DNA of 64,000 bases, taken from NCBI GenBank assembly GCA_047495785.1, contig JBLDXI010000003.1, forward strand, positions 1,922,001 through 1,986,000, in the 5' to 3' direction. This DNA comes from Lepidodermella squamata. Taxonomy: Eukaryota; Animalia; Gastrotricha. The position numbers and the translations under genes were made by a program. The notes below the pieces were generated by a model. The model was not told the origin of the DNA. It did not search any database and worked only from the letters and a program-made list of their open reading frames with translations. Positions 51,082-64,000 of the stretch are shown here, piece after piece; within the stretch, counting starts at the first letter, position 1; each line of letters starts with the position of its first letter.

Positions 51082-54000
51082 ATGAGCATGAAGGCGCGAT
51101 TTAACGTAGCCGCTACAAAGGTGGCCAACGTATCGCGCCTGCACCTCGCCATGCAAAGCATATCTAGGACAGTATCGGCAGAATCAGAAGGCGATGAACG
51201 GCAGCGGGAGCAAGAGCAAGAAAAACAGCGGCGTGGCGATCATTCAGAAGAGCCGTCAGTAGCGTCGTCACAACTCAGCATCAGGTCAATCCACCAGAGG
51301 CCGAATTTTCTCCGCAGTTTTATACACATTCGAACAGCTGTACGGCGATTTCGTAGCCTCGGAAGAATGAACGACGACGCTATGTCGATCAGGACTCGCC
51401 TCAGTGCGATTTCTGATGAAGATTTGCTTGATTCTGCTTCGGTCTATCGGAGTAGCAGTGTTCCGGGTTTGAACAGGCTCGATCCGACCGAAGCTGCCTT
51501 GCGAGACCCAGCGATGGCCAAGAAATTGATGCTGATCGTAGCTGCGAAGAAGGGCGAATGGTCCTCGGTGGATTTGATGTTACGTGGCATGAAAAAACAC
51601 TCGTCACGCTTGAATGCGGCTGACCCAGCGACTGGAACGACGACGTTGATGCTAGCGTGTCAGCAGTCTCGGTTTTTGCTGGTTGGAAGAATGTGTGAGT
51701 TGGGGGCGTGGCTCAACCAGCGAGACGAGGAACGCAGAACTGCCTTGCACTACGCAGCTCGAGAAGGACATGAGGGTGGGCTGAGTTTTCAACCTTTGTC
51801 CTCCAAGTGCTCTTTCCTAACTATTTTTTCACACAGAAATAGTTAAGCTGCTTCTTCGCAACCAAGCAGATCCGAATTTGTTTGGAGGGGTAAGTAACGT
51901 AGTAGTTTATGTCTTTCATTCCACTTTCAAAATCATCAAGACATTTGAATTTTGAATTTCGGAATGTTATGCAATGCTTCTTCATTCTTCAGAAAGACAA
52001 TCAGCTGCCACTCCACATCGCAGCGTTGCGGACGGGACCCGGTGCTTTGGTCTCTGCGCAGCAACTACTTCGCTCCTCACTCAAAGAGTGCCGAACCAAA
52101 AAAGACCGACTTGGCAACCTGCCAATAACCTACGCTGTCGAAATCGGCAGCCACACTCTAGTGCGAGATTTACTACAACACTACGCAAAGGAGCAGGTTA
52201 CATGGCGGGACGAACACACCGGCGACTACTTGGTTCATATCGCCGCGAGGAAAAAATTCACTGAGATTATGAAATTACTATGTCTCCTGGGCGGCGCTGA
52301 TCCTAATGTTCAAAATTTAGACGGGCAAACTCCATTACATATTTCGGCGAAATTAGGCGATGAAGCTATGTTTAGGATGATGCAGTCATTTCGACCTAAC
52401 CCGGATTTGATTGATAAAAAGGAGCGAAGTCCTCTCCACGTTGCGGCCGAACACGGCCATGCTGAGATTGTCGAAAGTCTCGTCGAGAGATTTCGCGCTA
52501 ATGTCCATATGAGGACTAAGGATGGTTCAACGCTGATGCACCTTGCGGCTGATAAAGGATTCACGGATGTCGTGCTGGCCTTCATCAAGCGAGGGGTGAC
52601 GCTGAATATGCCGAATAAGGCCGGTGCGTTGTGTTTACACGCGGCGGCGCAGAATGGGCACATTAAGGTTGTGCGCACCCTGATTAAAAATGGCGCATAT
52701 TTGGATGCAAGGACGCGCGATGGCTACACTGCGCTGCATCTATCGGTTCTTCATACGAGGCCAGAAATCATACAAACGCTTCTAGGTAAGAAAATTTGGT
52801 AAGAGAATGTATTGCATAAGTGTGTAATGAGCTCGTATGAATTTTCAGGCCAAGGTGCAAAAGTTGACCTCAAAGGTGGTCCTCTTCGCGAGACCCCACT
52901 CCACATCGCAGCTCGTCTCCCCGAAGGCTACCTATGCGCAGATATGCTCATCAAAAGCGGCGCCGGTGTGAACAACACTACTGATGAAACCCTCGAAACG
53001 CCCCTACACATCGCGGCCAAAAGTGGTATGATCGATCTATTGAAATTGCTTCTTGAGGAAGGCGCCGATCCTATGCGAATGAACAAATCCGGCGAGTCAG
53101 CCCTACATATGGCCGTTCGGCATTGCCACTTCGAAATCGCAAAGGCCATTATTCAGTTCGTCAACTCAATTTCATCAGGTCGAGAGGCGACTAATTTGGT
53201 GAACTTGTCGAATAATGAGGGCGAAACTTGTTTCCATCTCGCCGCCGAGCTTGGCAAGTCGCAGATGCATCATCCATTTGAAGACGTCGACATTATCCGG
53301 CTTTTGCTTGAAAATGGGGCTGATCCTTTGGCAAATTCTAAATTGACGAATGAATCATCGCTGCATTACTGTGCGCGGTCGGGGAATCCGGAGATTTTTC
53401 ATGAGATTGTTCGACATTTGAAGCATAATTTCCAGACAGCTTGTAACAGACAGGATCGCATGGGCTGGTCGCCGGTTATGACTGCGTGCTATTCGGGACA
53501 TGCTTCTGTGGCGGAAATTTTACTGGCTAATGGGGCCAGGGCGGATGTGTTTGATGAGGTAAAGGAGACAATTTTCGAAGTTTGGAATTTTATTTATTAT
53601 CTATTCCCAGTTTGGAAAAGCTGCTCTGCATCTTGCGGCTGAGAATGGTCACGGTTCGTGCTGTGAGATCCTCCTTAAATACAAAGCATTCGTCAATGCC
53701 AAGTCTAAACTCGGAATTTCAACCCTCCACTACGCCGCACTGAGTGGCCATGCCGAGTTGGTTGGTCTTCTTATTCGAAAGTACAACGCTTCCATCAATG
53801 CGCTGTCCTTGGATAAGAAAACGCCGCTGCATATGGCAGCTGGAGCTGGACGAAAGGAAGTCTGCCAGCTGCTGATGAATCTGCGAGCAGATGCGGATGC
53901 AATAGATGCGGTAAATACATTTTCGTTTCTTGTGAACATACAATTTTGAAAATGTTGAATACAGCTTGGTCAAACGCCGCTTCATTTGGCTGCGGAAAAC

Positions 54001-57000
54001 GACCATTCGGAAGTTGTAAAATTGTTTATAAGATACAAACCTGAACTTGTCACAGCTGCGAGCAAGGTAAAAGCAGTTTTTCCTAAATTTACAAGAAAAA
54101 TTGATGAAATTACCGAAAATTACGTCTTGATTGATAATTCCAGAGTGGCATGACCTGTGCTCACATTGCGGCAAAGAATGGAAGTGAAGCCGTTATAAAA
54201 TTGCTTATGCAATTCAACAAATCCTTGGTCACAACCGTTCGGAATCCTGTTAATGAAGCTTTGCCCCTTCATCTCGCCGTGAGCGCGTCGCACGAGTACG
54301 TTGTTAGGCTTCTAATTGATGCTGGCTCATCGCCTATTGCTGAAAACCACGAGGGAATGACTGCTATTCACATGGTAAAATAAGCAAACAAAATTCGCGC
54401 TTTTTCATTATTTTGACCAACAATTTAGGCGGCAAAAGAGGGGGATATGGAGGTTCTACAGGCTATTATTGCTAGTTCTCCCCGTGGAGCATTGAAAACT
54501 AACAGTTTAAAGGTAAGAACTCATTTCGGAAAATTTCCTATTTTCACAGAAATTATATTTAGAATGGAATGTCTCCGCTACATTCCGCGGCATTTTACGG
54601 CAAGTCCGAGATTGTTCGCGAGCTTCAAACTCGAGTCGACGTCAACTCGAAAACGGACCTGCCTCAAATGCCTGGCGTGGTCAGCGATCCAAGTTTGAGA
54701 GCTCTGATCAGCGCTGATGTAAGATAGATCTACATCAATTTTCAGATTTCTATTATTTCCACTTCTAGCATGGCTTGACTCCTCTTCATATGGCGTCTTA
54801 CAGTGGCCATGAAAACGTCGTTCGATTGATCCTTAATAACTCAAGTGTCCAAACCGAAGCATTCTCGGCATTATTAGCCCGAGTGCCTTTACATTATGCC
54901 TGCCAACATGGACATCTCGTAGTAGTAAGCCTTTTGATGTCCCGCTCGGCTGGTCACCTTCGGGCTGAGGACAAAAACGGCTGTACTCCTCTACATCTCG
55001 CCGCTGAGAATGGCCACGCCGAAATGGTTTCGACGCTATTAGCCCAAGGGTCTGATATCAGTAAGGCGGACGCTGATGGCCGAACAGCGTTGCATTGTGC
55101 TGCTGGGAATGGTCATTTAGTCGTAGCTCAGATCCTACTCGAAGCAGGAGCTGTTGCTAATGCAAAGACGAAAGACAACAAAACACCCCTTGCTCTTAGC
55201 GCGAAGGGTGGCCATACCCAGGTCTTCTATTTCCTGTTGAAAAAAGAGCATGATACTGATGAGCTGATTGAGGACAAAGCCTTCCTGATGGATCTGATGC
55301 TTTGCGGAAAGCAGAATCAAAATCAGATCATTGATGAATTCATCCTTCATTCAAAAGCCCCGTTAGATACGGCGGTCAAGTTAGCTGAGCTGTTCCATGG
55401 TTTGGCTTTGAGGGAGAAGGAAAGGGCGAAAGATTTGGGCGAAATTTCCCGTCACTGCGAACGCATGGCTGCCGAGCTCATCGGAATCGCATCAACCATT
55501 GCCCCTCCTGCAGTAATTCTCAGGGCTACAGACACTAAGGGGAAGCAAATGTTGGATATTTTGCTGCAGTACGATATGAAAGAGGTCGTTGAGCACGCGG
55601 CTGTTCAGCGGTATTTGAGTGACATTTGGGCTGGGCCGATGACTAACTGGTCGATGGGTCGTCTGTCGCTGCTCTTCTTCGGCTTCTTGACATGCCCACC
55701 ATTGCTGTGCTACTTTTGTCTACCATTCAAGCATCATAATTATCACCACATTCCCATCATCAAATTCATGGCGATGCTTACGTCTCATTTGTACTTGATC
55801 GCACTTCTTTCGGTTGTAGCTGCCGTCCCACTTCATCCGATAGTTTACCGAGAGGATTTATATCCCATATGGTGAAATTGTTAATGTTTTATATTCCTAA
55901 TTTCTAAGCTTGGTCGAAACAAATAGGTACGAGCTACTTTGCTTAGCCTGGGTATCCGGAATGCTAGTAGCTGAGTTGACTCGCCAAAATCGGTCGACAG
56001 GACTCGGAATGTTGCGATTCATTATCATCGGCTGTTCAATGGTAGCGATATTCCTTCATATTGGGGCAATAATTGCGGAGTAAGGAATCGAATTTTGTTC
56101 TCTTTCCTAGTAAAAGATGTGATAATTTTTTCTTCAGTGATGTTTATAACGACCGGCCCTCTGCAGCCATAATAATGTATCTGCGAAATTTCATGCTGTC
56201 TCTTGCACTTCTTGTGGCCATCGTTATGATCCTGGGTCTGTTATTCCCAAGTTTAGCTATAAATAATGCTGACCTGATTTGATTTTCAGATTTCCTTCAG
56301 ATTCATCACCTGTTCGGCCCCTTCGGCATCATAATTCTCAACGTTATGGTTGATCTTATGATTTTCATAGTGGTCCTGTTCCTTTTCTTGATTGCATTTA
56401 CATTCCTGATTTGCTGCTTGTTCGCGCCGATCAAAAAAGATCCAATGCCTGCCGCGAATACGACAAATATGACGAATATGACAAATCAAACCATCGCTGA
56501 TTCTGGCCAATTGCCTCTTCTGAATATTTCAAATTCAAGCAGCGAGCCGATTATTTCCTCCGGCTCGGGAGAAGGGCCTGAGGAAATTCCTGTAACAACG
56601 ACTCAATCTGGATCAACACGAAAAAAACGAGAAGCAGAAAAAAGTGATGAGAACTCAAGCAAAAAGAGCCAACCTTCCTGCAAGCCACGAACGGAAAAGG
56701 ATACTGGTGGCGAGAAGTTGAAGCGCAAGAAAAGGGACGCTGATCAAAAGCCAGATTACACGGCTTATGGCCGTGTTATTGTCAATACAGACGATCTCAC
56801 TTACATGAGTAATGAGTTAGTTAATTTAATAATTTTATTTCAATTTATTGGTTTGAACTGGCTGGTTAATTCTCCAGAGATCCTCAAACGTTGATCGAGA
56901 TTTTCTTAGCGCTGTACTGGGCGATGTTTCAAATGCTTGACTATCCAGGGGCTCTTCCTCAGATCAAGAATGGCCCGGCCTGGGCTGATACCCTCTATTT

Positions 57001-57646
57001 GATTTACATCTTCATGTGGCTCACGATATCTGGGATAGTCCTACTGCCTCTTCTCATCGCTATTCTGACTGAAACGTACAAAATGGTTCATATGAGATCT
57101 GAGACCGAGTGGAAATTCGTCAGAGCTACTTTGATACGAGACATGATCAAGTTACCTGCGGCTCCTACTCCCCTCAACCTCATTGTCAGGCCGTTTCTCT
57201 ATCTTAGATCTGTTCATAAGCACAAAAGTAAGAAATAATTTCATTTTACTCATAATTAACTCGGATTTCTTAACAGAGCTGATGTGCACACCTTACGCGC
57301 AATATTATTTGGATGAGGACGAGCATGAAGGAGCTGATGAACTCCTGCAGACCCCAGAAGCGTCTGGTGCCCAATCTGGCGCGGCAGGTAAGATTTCTCA
57401 GTCATCTCAGACCTGTTGATCCTATATGATGCCTTTTGATCAGGAAATACCGGCGCAGCGACTGAACAGAAGAGCATTGGTTTAGAGCTTCTAGAGAACG
57501 TTTTAGATTGGTCTATTGTTGTAAGGCGTTATCGATCTGGTATCAAGGGAGAAACGGACGAACAAATGGCTGAGGAGGAAGAGCAGGCCGAGCTCGAGAA
57601 AGAGGAAGGCGCGGCTGAGGCGGCTGCCGCTGCGCCAAATGCTTAA
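51082..57646 (+). CDS. nompC: TRPN/NOMPC-family ion channel, paralogue 1 (multi-exon)
   Basis: Long ankyrin array with NOMPC signatures (RTKDGSTLMH, ETPLHIAAR..G..CA.ML.KSGA, ARADVFDE.GKAALH), LFGPFGIII, EWKF TRP box, APTPLNL, ENVLDW..V.RYR; stop at 57644-57646. Confidence 0.93.
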
Positions 57647-57847
57647 ACATTTCACAGTAGAATTCGATATTTTTCTGTCCCAACTTCCGTCTCACATGAC
57701 AAACTGTCACACGTTCAATCCTGTTTTCGCTCTCTGAGAGTGGTATTGTGATCTGTAAAATGTATGACTTCCTTAGCAATAGCAACCATCGAAGGCAATA
57801 AATAGCACGATTCTCGGCGTATTCTGTTTATTCACCACAAGTCAAAC

Positions 57848-60800
57848 ATGGCTAAATCCGCGGCAAAATTAGCCCTTTTGAAGATGACTGTGCCTGGAAT
57901 GGCATTTGCTTCACATGACGGTGACGCAAGTGGTGCCGAAACTGATAGTCTCGCCGGTTTTTCTCGCAGTGGATCCGTTTTTTCTACTCGAACTGATCTG
58001 CAATTATCAGGCTCTTTTATTACAGCCCCCTTAACGCTTGCCGCAACGCAAAACGGCGGCGCAATGCGCGGTCTTATGGGCGTCTCAACTGCTATGAAGA
58101 GATTCAAGAATCGCAAAGATGAAACTCCGGTACAGACAGATGACGAACAGCGTGACTCGGATCCAGAGGATAACAGTATCAGGTTGAAGAAAAGTGGATT
58201 TTACTTGCTAAGAAATCGGCGAAAAAGCGAGCCGTCGCTCTACGGTGACTCAGAATCGACATCACGCCTCGAAGAGTCAGCTAGCTCCGCGAAAAGTAAC
58301 CAAGCCACTCTATCGTCATCTTCACATTACATTTATACGCCACCACCTCAACCTCCTGAGCCTCCAGAACGAATGGCGTTGGTCTTGGCTGCCAAAAAGA
58401 AAGATTGGAATACAGTTGAGATCGAGCTGAAAAAATGCAAAAGATTTGACCCGAGGATCAACATGGCTGACCCTGAGACAGGTCAAACCGCCTTAATGTT
58501 CGCCTGTCAGCATTCAAGGTTCTTGCTGGTGGGTCGTTTGATTGAGATGGGAGGTATCATGAACCTCCGTTCCGAAGATCGGAGAACAGCGCTTCATTAC
58601 GCAGTAGCCGAAGGGCATGAAGGTTTGAATTCAATAGATTATATAACCCTAATTAATTTCTAAGTCTTCTAGAAATCGTGAAAATGCTCTTGAAGAAAAA
58701 TGCGGACCCTAATCTCTTTGGAGGGGTAAGACATAATTTTAATTGAAATTGTAGGCTTTTAACGTTTTGTGGCAGAAACAAAGTCAACTTCCGCTTCACA
58801 TTGCTGCTCAAAGAGCTGCGACTAGCTTAACAGCGACTCAAGTCCTTCTCAGATCCGGATTTAAGGAAAATCGCATTAAGAAAGATGGCTCCGGAAATCT
58901 TCCAATTACTTACGCTCTTGAAACTGGAAATCCATTGCTTGTAAAGGAAATGTTGAAGCATTTTACGAAGGAGCAAGTTTCATGGAGACACGACCATTCA
59001 GGCGAGCATTTGGTTCACGTGGCTGCCAGGAAGCAAAACACTGAGCTGATGAACATTCTCTGCTCCGAAGCTGGGGCTGATGTGAACGTTCAAAATATCG
59101 ACGGTCAGACACCGCTCCACATTGCAGCAAAAGTTGGCGATGATGCGATGATTCGAGTTTTACATAATTTCAAAGCGGACCCAGATTTGATTGATAGAAA
59201 AGAACGTACACCTCTTCATGTTGCTGCCGAGAATGGTCATACCCATACGGTTGAGAAACTCGTTGAAAAACTCAAGGCCAACGTTCATATGAGGACTAAG
59301 GATGGTTCGACTCTGATGCATCTCGCTGCTGACAGGGGTTATGCAGATACGGTCCTCGCCTTCATAAAAAGAGGAGTTCCGCTTCACATGCCCAACAAAT
59401 CAGGGACCCTGTGTCTCCACGCCGCTGCTCATAACGGACATGTCAAAGTGGTTGAAACCCTGATCCAAAAGGGATCGCCTGTCGACGGTAGGACGAAGGA
59501 CGGCTACACAGCCCTGCATTTAGCTGTTTTGAACGGGAAACCTGAAGTTATTCAGATTTTACTGGGCTACGGAGCTAAGGTTGACCTCAAAGGTGGCCAA
59601 GCTAGAGAAGCCCCGTTACACATCGCATCCAGACTTACTGACGGCTATCGATGCGCTGAAATGTTACTGAAAAGTGGGGCTATGGTAAATATCAGCACTG
59701 AGGAGAGCCTAGAAACCCCTTTGCACATATCAGCGAGAAATGGCTTCCTTGACCTGCTTAGAATGTTGTTAGAGGAAGGTGCGGACCCGATGAGGCTGAA
59801 CAAGTCCGGGGAATCAGCCCTTCACATTGCTGTACGACACTGCCACTATGAAATTGCAAAAGCTATTATCGCGTACGTAAATGACACGACTGGTGGTAGG
59901 GAGGGGGCTAATTTGGTTAATCTAGCGAATAACGAGGGCGAAACTTGCTTCCACCTAGCTGCGGAGTTGGGTAAGTCTCAAACGCATCATCCTTTCGAGG
60001 AGATAGACATAATGCGGTTATTGCTTGAAAATAGAGGGGATCCACTTTCAGTAACGAAATTGACTAATGAAACATCACTGCACTACTGTGCTAGATCTGG
60101 AAACCCAGACATTTTGCAAGAAATAGTTAGGTTTCTAGGCCATGGATTCCAGTTAGCCTGCAATAGGCAAGATAAGATGGGTTGGTCTCCCCTCATGGCA
60201 GGTTGTGAACAAGGGCATCAAGTTGTTACTGAGATATTGCTGCTAAACGGAGCTCGAGCTGATGTTTTCGATGAGGTATAAGACTACTTAGTATGTCATA
60301 CTGTAGTTCACTCAATAAAAATGTTCCATTTCAGCATGGAAAAGCTGCTCTCCACCTGGCAGCTGAAAATGGTCACATAGCTTGCTGTGAAGTTCTGCTT
60401 AGTTTTAAGGCCTTCGTTAACGCAAAATCTAAACTTGGAATTACACCTTTGCACTTTGTAAGTTTCGACTTTTGACCAAACATTTCAATGGATTAAGGTT
60501 GAGTCATTGTTTTAAGGCTGCTCAAAATGGATACGCTGAACTGTGCAAATTGCTGATCGAGAGGTATCACGCATCAGCAAACGCTCTTTCGCTGGACAAG
60601 AAGACTCCTCTCCACCTGGCAGCTGAAGCCGGGCAGAAGGACGTTTGTCAACTACTTCTCAGTCTATATTCTGTTCCGAATGCAGCTGATTCGGTTGGTT
60701 TCCCATAATCTATTGTCCAAATCAAGTTTCATTCAGTTCTTCATCAGGGAAAACCTGTGGAAAAAGCTAATGAGGCTGATGTAAGTGATTTTAATCAAAA

Positions 60801-63800
60801 TCTGTCATATTGCGCTAGAAGTTAAAGCCATATCAAATTTTTCCAGCTTGGGCAAACACCTTTGCACCTCGCAGCAGAAAATGATCATTCTGACGTTGTC
60901 AAGCTATTCATGCGATATAAGCCCGAGCTTGTTACAGCTGCTAGCAGGGTAAATGATCCAATTCTCTAGTTTCACTTTTCTCAGTTATTATTGAATTTCT
61001 ACTAAAGACCGGCATGACATGCGCCCATATTGCTGCTGGCAAGGGATCTGTCGCGGTGATAAAGGAACTCATGCGCTTCAACAAAGCTCTGGTAACAGTA
61101 GCTGTAAACAAGGTAAACGACTCCCTACCACTCCACCTGGCCGTAAGTGGGGGCCACAAAGATGTTGTTCGAGTCCTTATCGAAGCTGGATCTTCAGCAA
61201 TCGCCGAAAACGCCGAAGGAATGAATGCAATTCATCTTGCAGCTAAGGAAGGAAATCTCGTGGTTCTCCAGGCGATTCCAAGAAAAGTTTCATTGAGTGC
61301 TTTGAGCCATAAGGTATAGGCCTATATGCTACATTCTTACAACCATAAAGCCCCTCATTTTAGAATGGATTGTCACCAATTCATGTTGCTGCCTTCTATG
61401 GAAAATCTGACTTCGTTCGGGAGCTTCAAAACCGAGTCGACATCAACATTAAAACTAACCCACCTCAACTAGCTGGCGCAGTTAGCGACATTCAGCTGAA
61501 GTCTTTGATAACTATGGATGTGAGTTTCGGCCTCAATTGATAAACATTGTGTTTAAAATGATTTTATTAGTTTGGCGTGAATCCCCTGCATCTCGCTAGT
61601 TTCATGGGCCATGAGAACGTGGTAAGACTCGTCCTGAACAATTCGATGGCTCGAATTGATGACGTCACAACACTGTTGGCCCGAGTCCCTCTTCACTACG
61701 CGGCTATGAATGGGCACCTAGTTGTGGTGAGCCTGTTGATGTCTCGATCAGCAGCTCACCTTAGATGTAGCGATAAACGTGGAAGAATGCCACTCCATCT
61801 TGCTGCTGAGAATGGTCACGTAGACATGGTCTCCATGCTTTTAGGACAAGGTGCTGAAATAAACGGAGCAGATCATGACGGATGGACCCCTCTTCATTTT
61901 GCTACAAGAAATGGCTTCATTAAAGTCGTGAAGCTTTTGACCGAATCAGGGGCATCTCCGACTTCAAAAACCGCTGATGGGAAAGTTGCTTTAGTTCTAA
62001 GCGCGAGTGGGGGTCACATCGAAGTTTTAAATTATCTCCTGAAGAAGGAACACAATTCTGACGAATTAATAAGCGACAGGAATTTCCTACTCGACTTGAT
62101 GATTTGCGGAAAGACTAACAGCAACGAGTCTATCGATAACTTTGTTATGCATTCGGAGGCTCCATTATACACGTCGACTAAACTTTCGCGGGCTTATCGA
62201 GAGCTTGCTTCAAAGGAGAAAGAACGAGCGAATGACTTGAATGAAGCTGGTCGGCATTGTGAGAACATGGCGACTGTATTGTTGGGAATCGCCTCTACCA
62301 TAGCGCCGCCCTCTGCGATATTACGAGCTGTTGATCCAAAAGGGAAGCCACTGCTCGACGTTCTGTTGGAGAACAACATGAAAAAAGTTGTGGAACATGC
62401 AGCTGTTCAACGTTACTTGAGCGATATTTGGGCGGGTTCGTTGTCCTCGTGGTCAACTGGCCGGCTTTTCTTACTGTTTCTTGGTTTCTTATTCTTCCCA
62501 CCATTTATGTGTTACTACTGTCTTCCGTTCAAGCACCATTCCCATCATCAGATTCCTGTTGTGAAATTCATAGCCATGGTCACTTCACATCTTTATTTAA
62601 TCTTATTACTGTCTCTTATCGCTGGAATTCCTATTGACCCAATCGTTTATCGAAAGGATTTTTACCCGAACTGGCATGAATTAGTGTGCCTTGCAATGGT
62701 ATCGGGCATGATAGTCTCGGAGTTGACCAGATCTGGCATGTCTTCTGGGTTAGGAATGCTCCGCTACCTCATAATCTTATTCTCGCTGTTGGCTTCGTTG
62801 TTGCAGATCGCTGCTATAGTCGCCGTGTAAGTTTTTAAATTTCTAAGCTCGATTCTAATGGCTTACTATCCTTTTTCAGAGCTCACGATGCAAGACACGA
62901 AGCTTTGATACTGATGTATCTGCGCAACTTAATGCTTTCTTTTGCATTATTGTCTGCGATTATTCTTATTGTTGGTAAGTTGATGGCCTCATAATTTCAC
63001 CTGCAGATCATTGTCGATTTTTTTCAGATTTTTTCCTTATACATCATTTGTTTGGACCATTCGGAATCATCATTCGAAGTGTTATGAGAGATCTTGCGAC
63101 ATTCATCGTTGTTCTGTTCCTTTTTCTTATCGCCTTCACATTTCTGGTCTGCTGCCTGTATACACCGATCAAAAAAGACCTTAGCAATTCACCTGGAAAT
63201 GGGACTATCAGGAACTTGACCAATCAGACTGTTGAGACCACGGTAGCTCAGGATTTTCAAGGCGAGCATTTCCTAGTGGACTCAAGTGCGCAATCAAGTG
63301 GGCATGGAGATCCTGATTTAATCACGCAAAATTCCGAAAAGAGCAAAACTAATGAAAATCATGGAGGAAAACCCAAACAAAAGCGATCAGCCGACAACGA
63401 GAGACCTGCCTGTAAGCCGAAAACGGAGAAAGCCGGAGAAGAAAGTAAGGCTAAGGAGTCTAAATCTAAAAAGTCGAGGCGCAAGAAGCGTTCGGCAGAT
63501 CAAGAAGCGGATCCTTCGCCTAATTACGATGAAAGTTACCGGCTGGTAAAAGATGACAGCGATTATAAGATCGTCAATAATTTGCAAGTTCAAGCAACAT
63601 TATAGCGGTGAATTAATGGTTTGTTAATTTTCTAGGAACTACTCAACTCTGATGCTGCTGTTTGAAACGTTCTACTTCTCAATGTTTGCCATGATACCGC
63701 CGGAAATGCTGCCACGTGTGAAGAACGGACCAGAATGGAGCGAAGTGCTTGTTCAATTGTGATTTTCTTCATCTTTCATCGTTCAGATTTCGCATTCGTG

Positions 63801-64000
63801 GCTTTTTCAGGTATTTCGCTTGTTGGATGCTGGCAGCTGTTGTCATCCTAATCCCTCTTCTCATTGCCATGCTATCGGAGACATACAAGCGTATCAATCA
63901 AAGATCGGATGCTGAATGGAAATTTGGCAGGGCGAAATTGATCAGAGATATGATAAAGCAGCCGGCAGCTCCTACACCCCTCAACCTATTCGTTAGGCCC
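57848..64000 (+). CDS. nompC: TRPN/NOMPC-family ion channel, paralogue 2 (multi-exon, runs off right edge)
   Basis: ~29-30 ankyrin repeats by manual count, S1-S6, EWKFGRAKLIRDM, APTPLNL; collinear with paralogue 1. Confidence 0.93.

Overview
Eukaryotic (animal) genomic DNA from a compact-genome invertebrate with many ~50-60 bp introns; the species cannot be determined from the sequence. In order along the window: (1) two tandem minus-strand paralogues of a large secreted multi-lectin protein (signal peptide, PAN/Apple, discoidin F5/8C, LamG/ConA-like, F-type-lectin-like domains), of which the left copy has an apparent 4-nt frameshift. (2) A repeat-rich region with three copies of a head-to-head pair of 3-exon genes encoding unrecognised secreted 18-Cys Thr/Ala-rich proteins; two copies form a ~2.1 kb near-perfect inverted repeat. 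(3) An apparently intact 8.4 kb CMC/EnSpm DNA transposon (CACAG TIRs, TC TSD) carrying a spliced transposase, a SAMD3-like gene and 2-3 extra spliced genes that the ORF track does not show whole. (4) Two secreted GH17 beta-1,3-glucanase genes of non-animal (oomycete-like) appearance. (5) Two tandem TRPN/NOMPC channel paralogues with an unusual long extracellular pore turret bearing paired furin-like sites and with altered filter and S6 motifs. MITEs, a Penelope RT relic and a dispersed ~49-bp palindromic satellite fill the intergenic space. All exon structures were derived by hand from GT/GC-AG sites and reading frame; family assignments rest on recalled motifs, not database searches.
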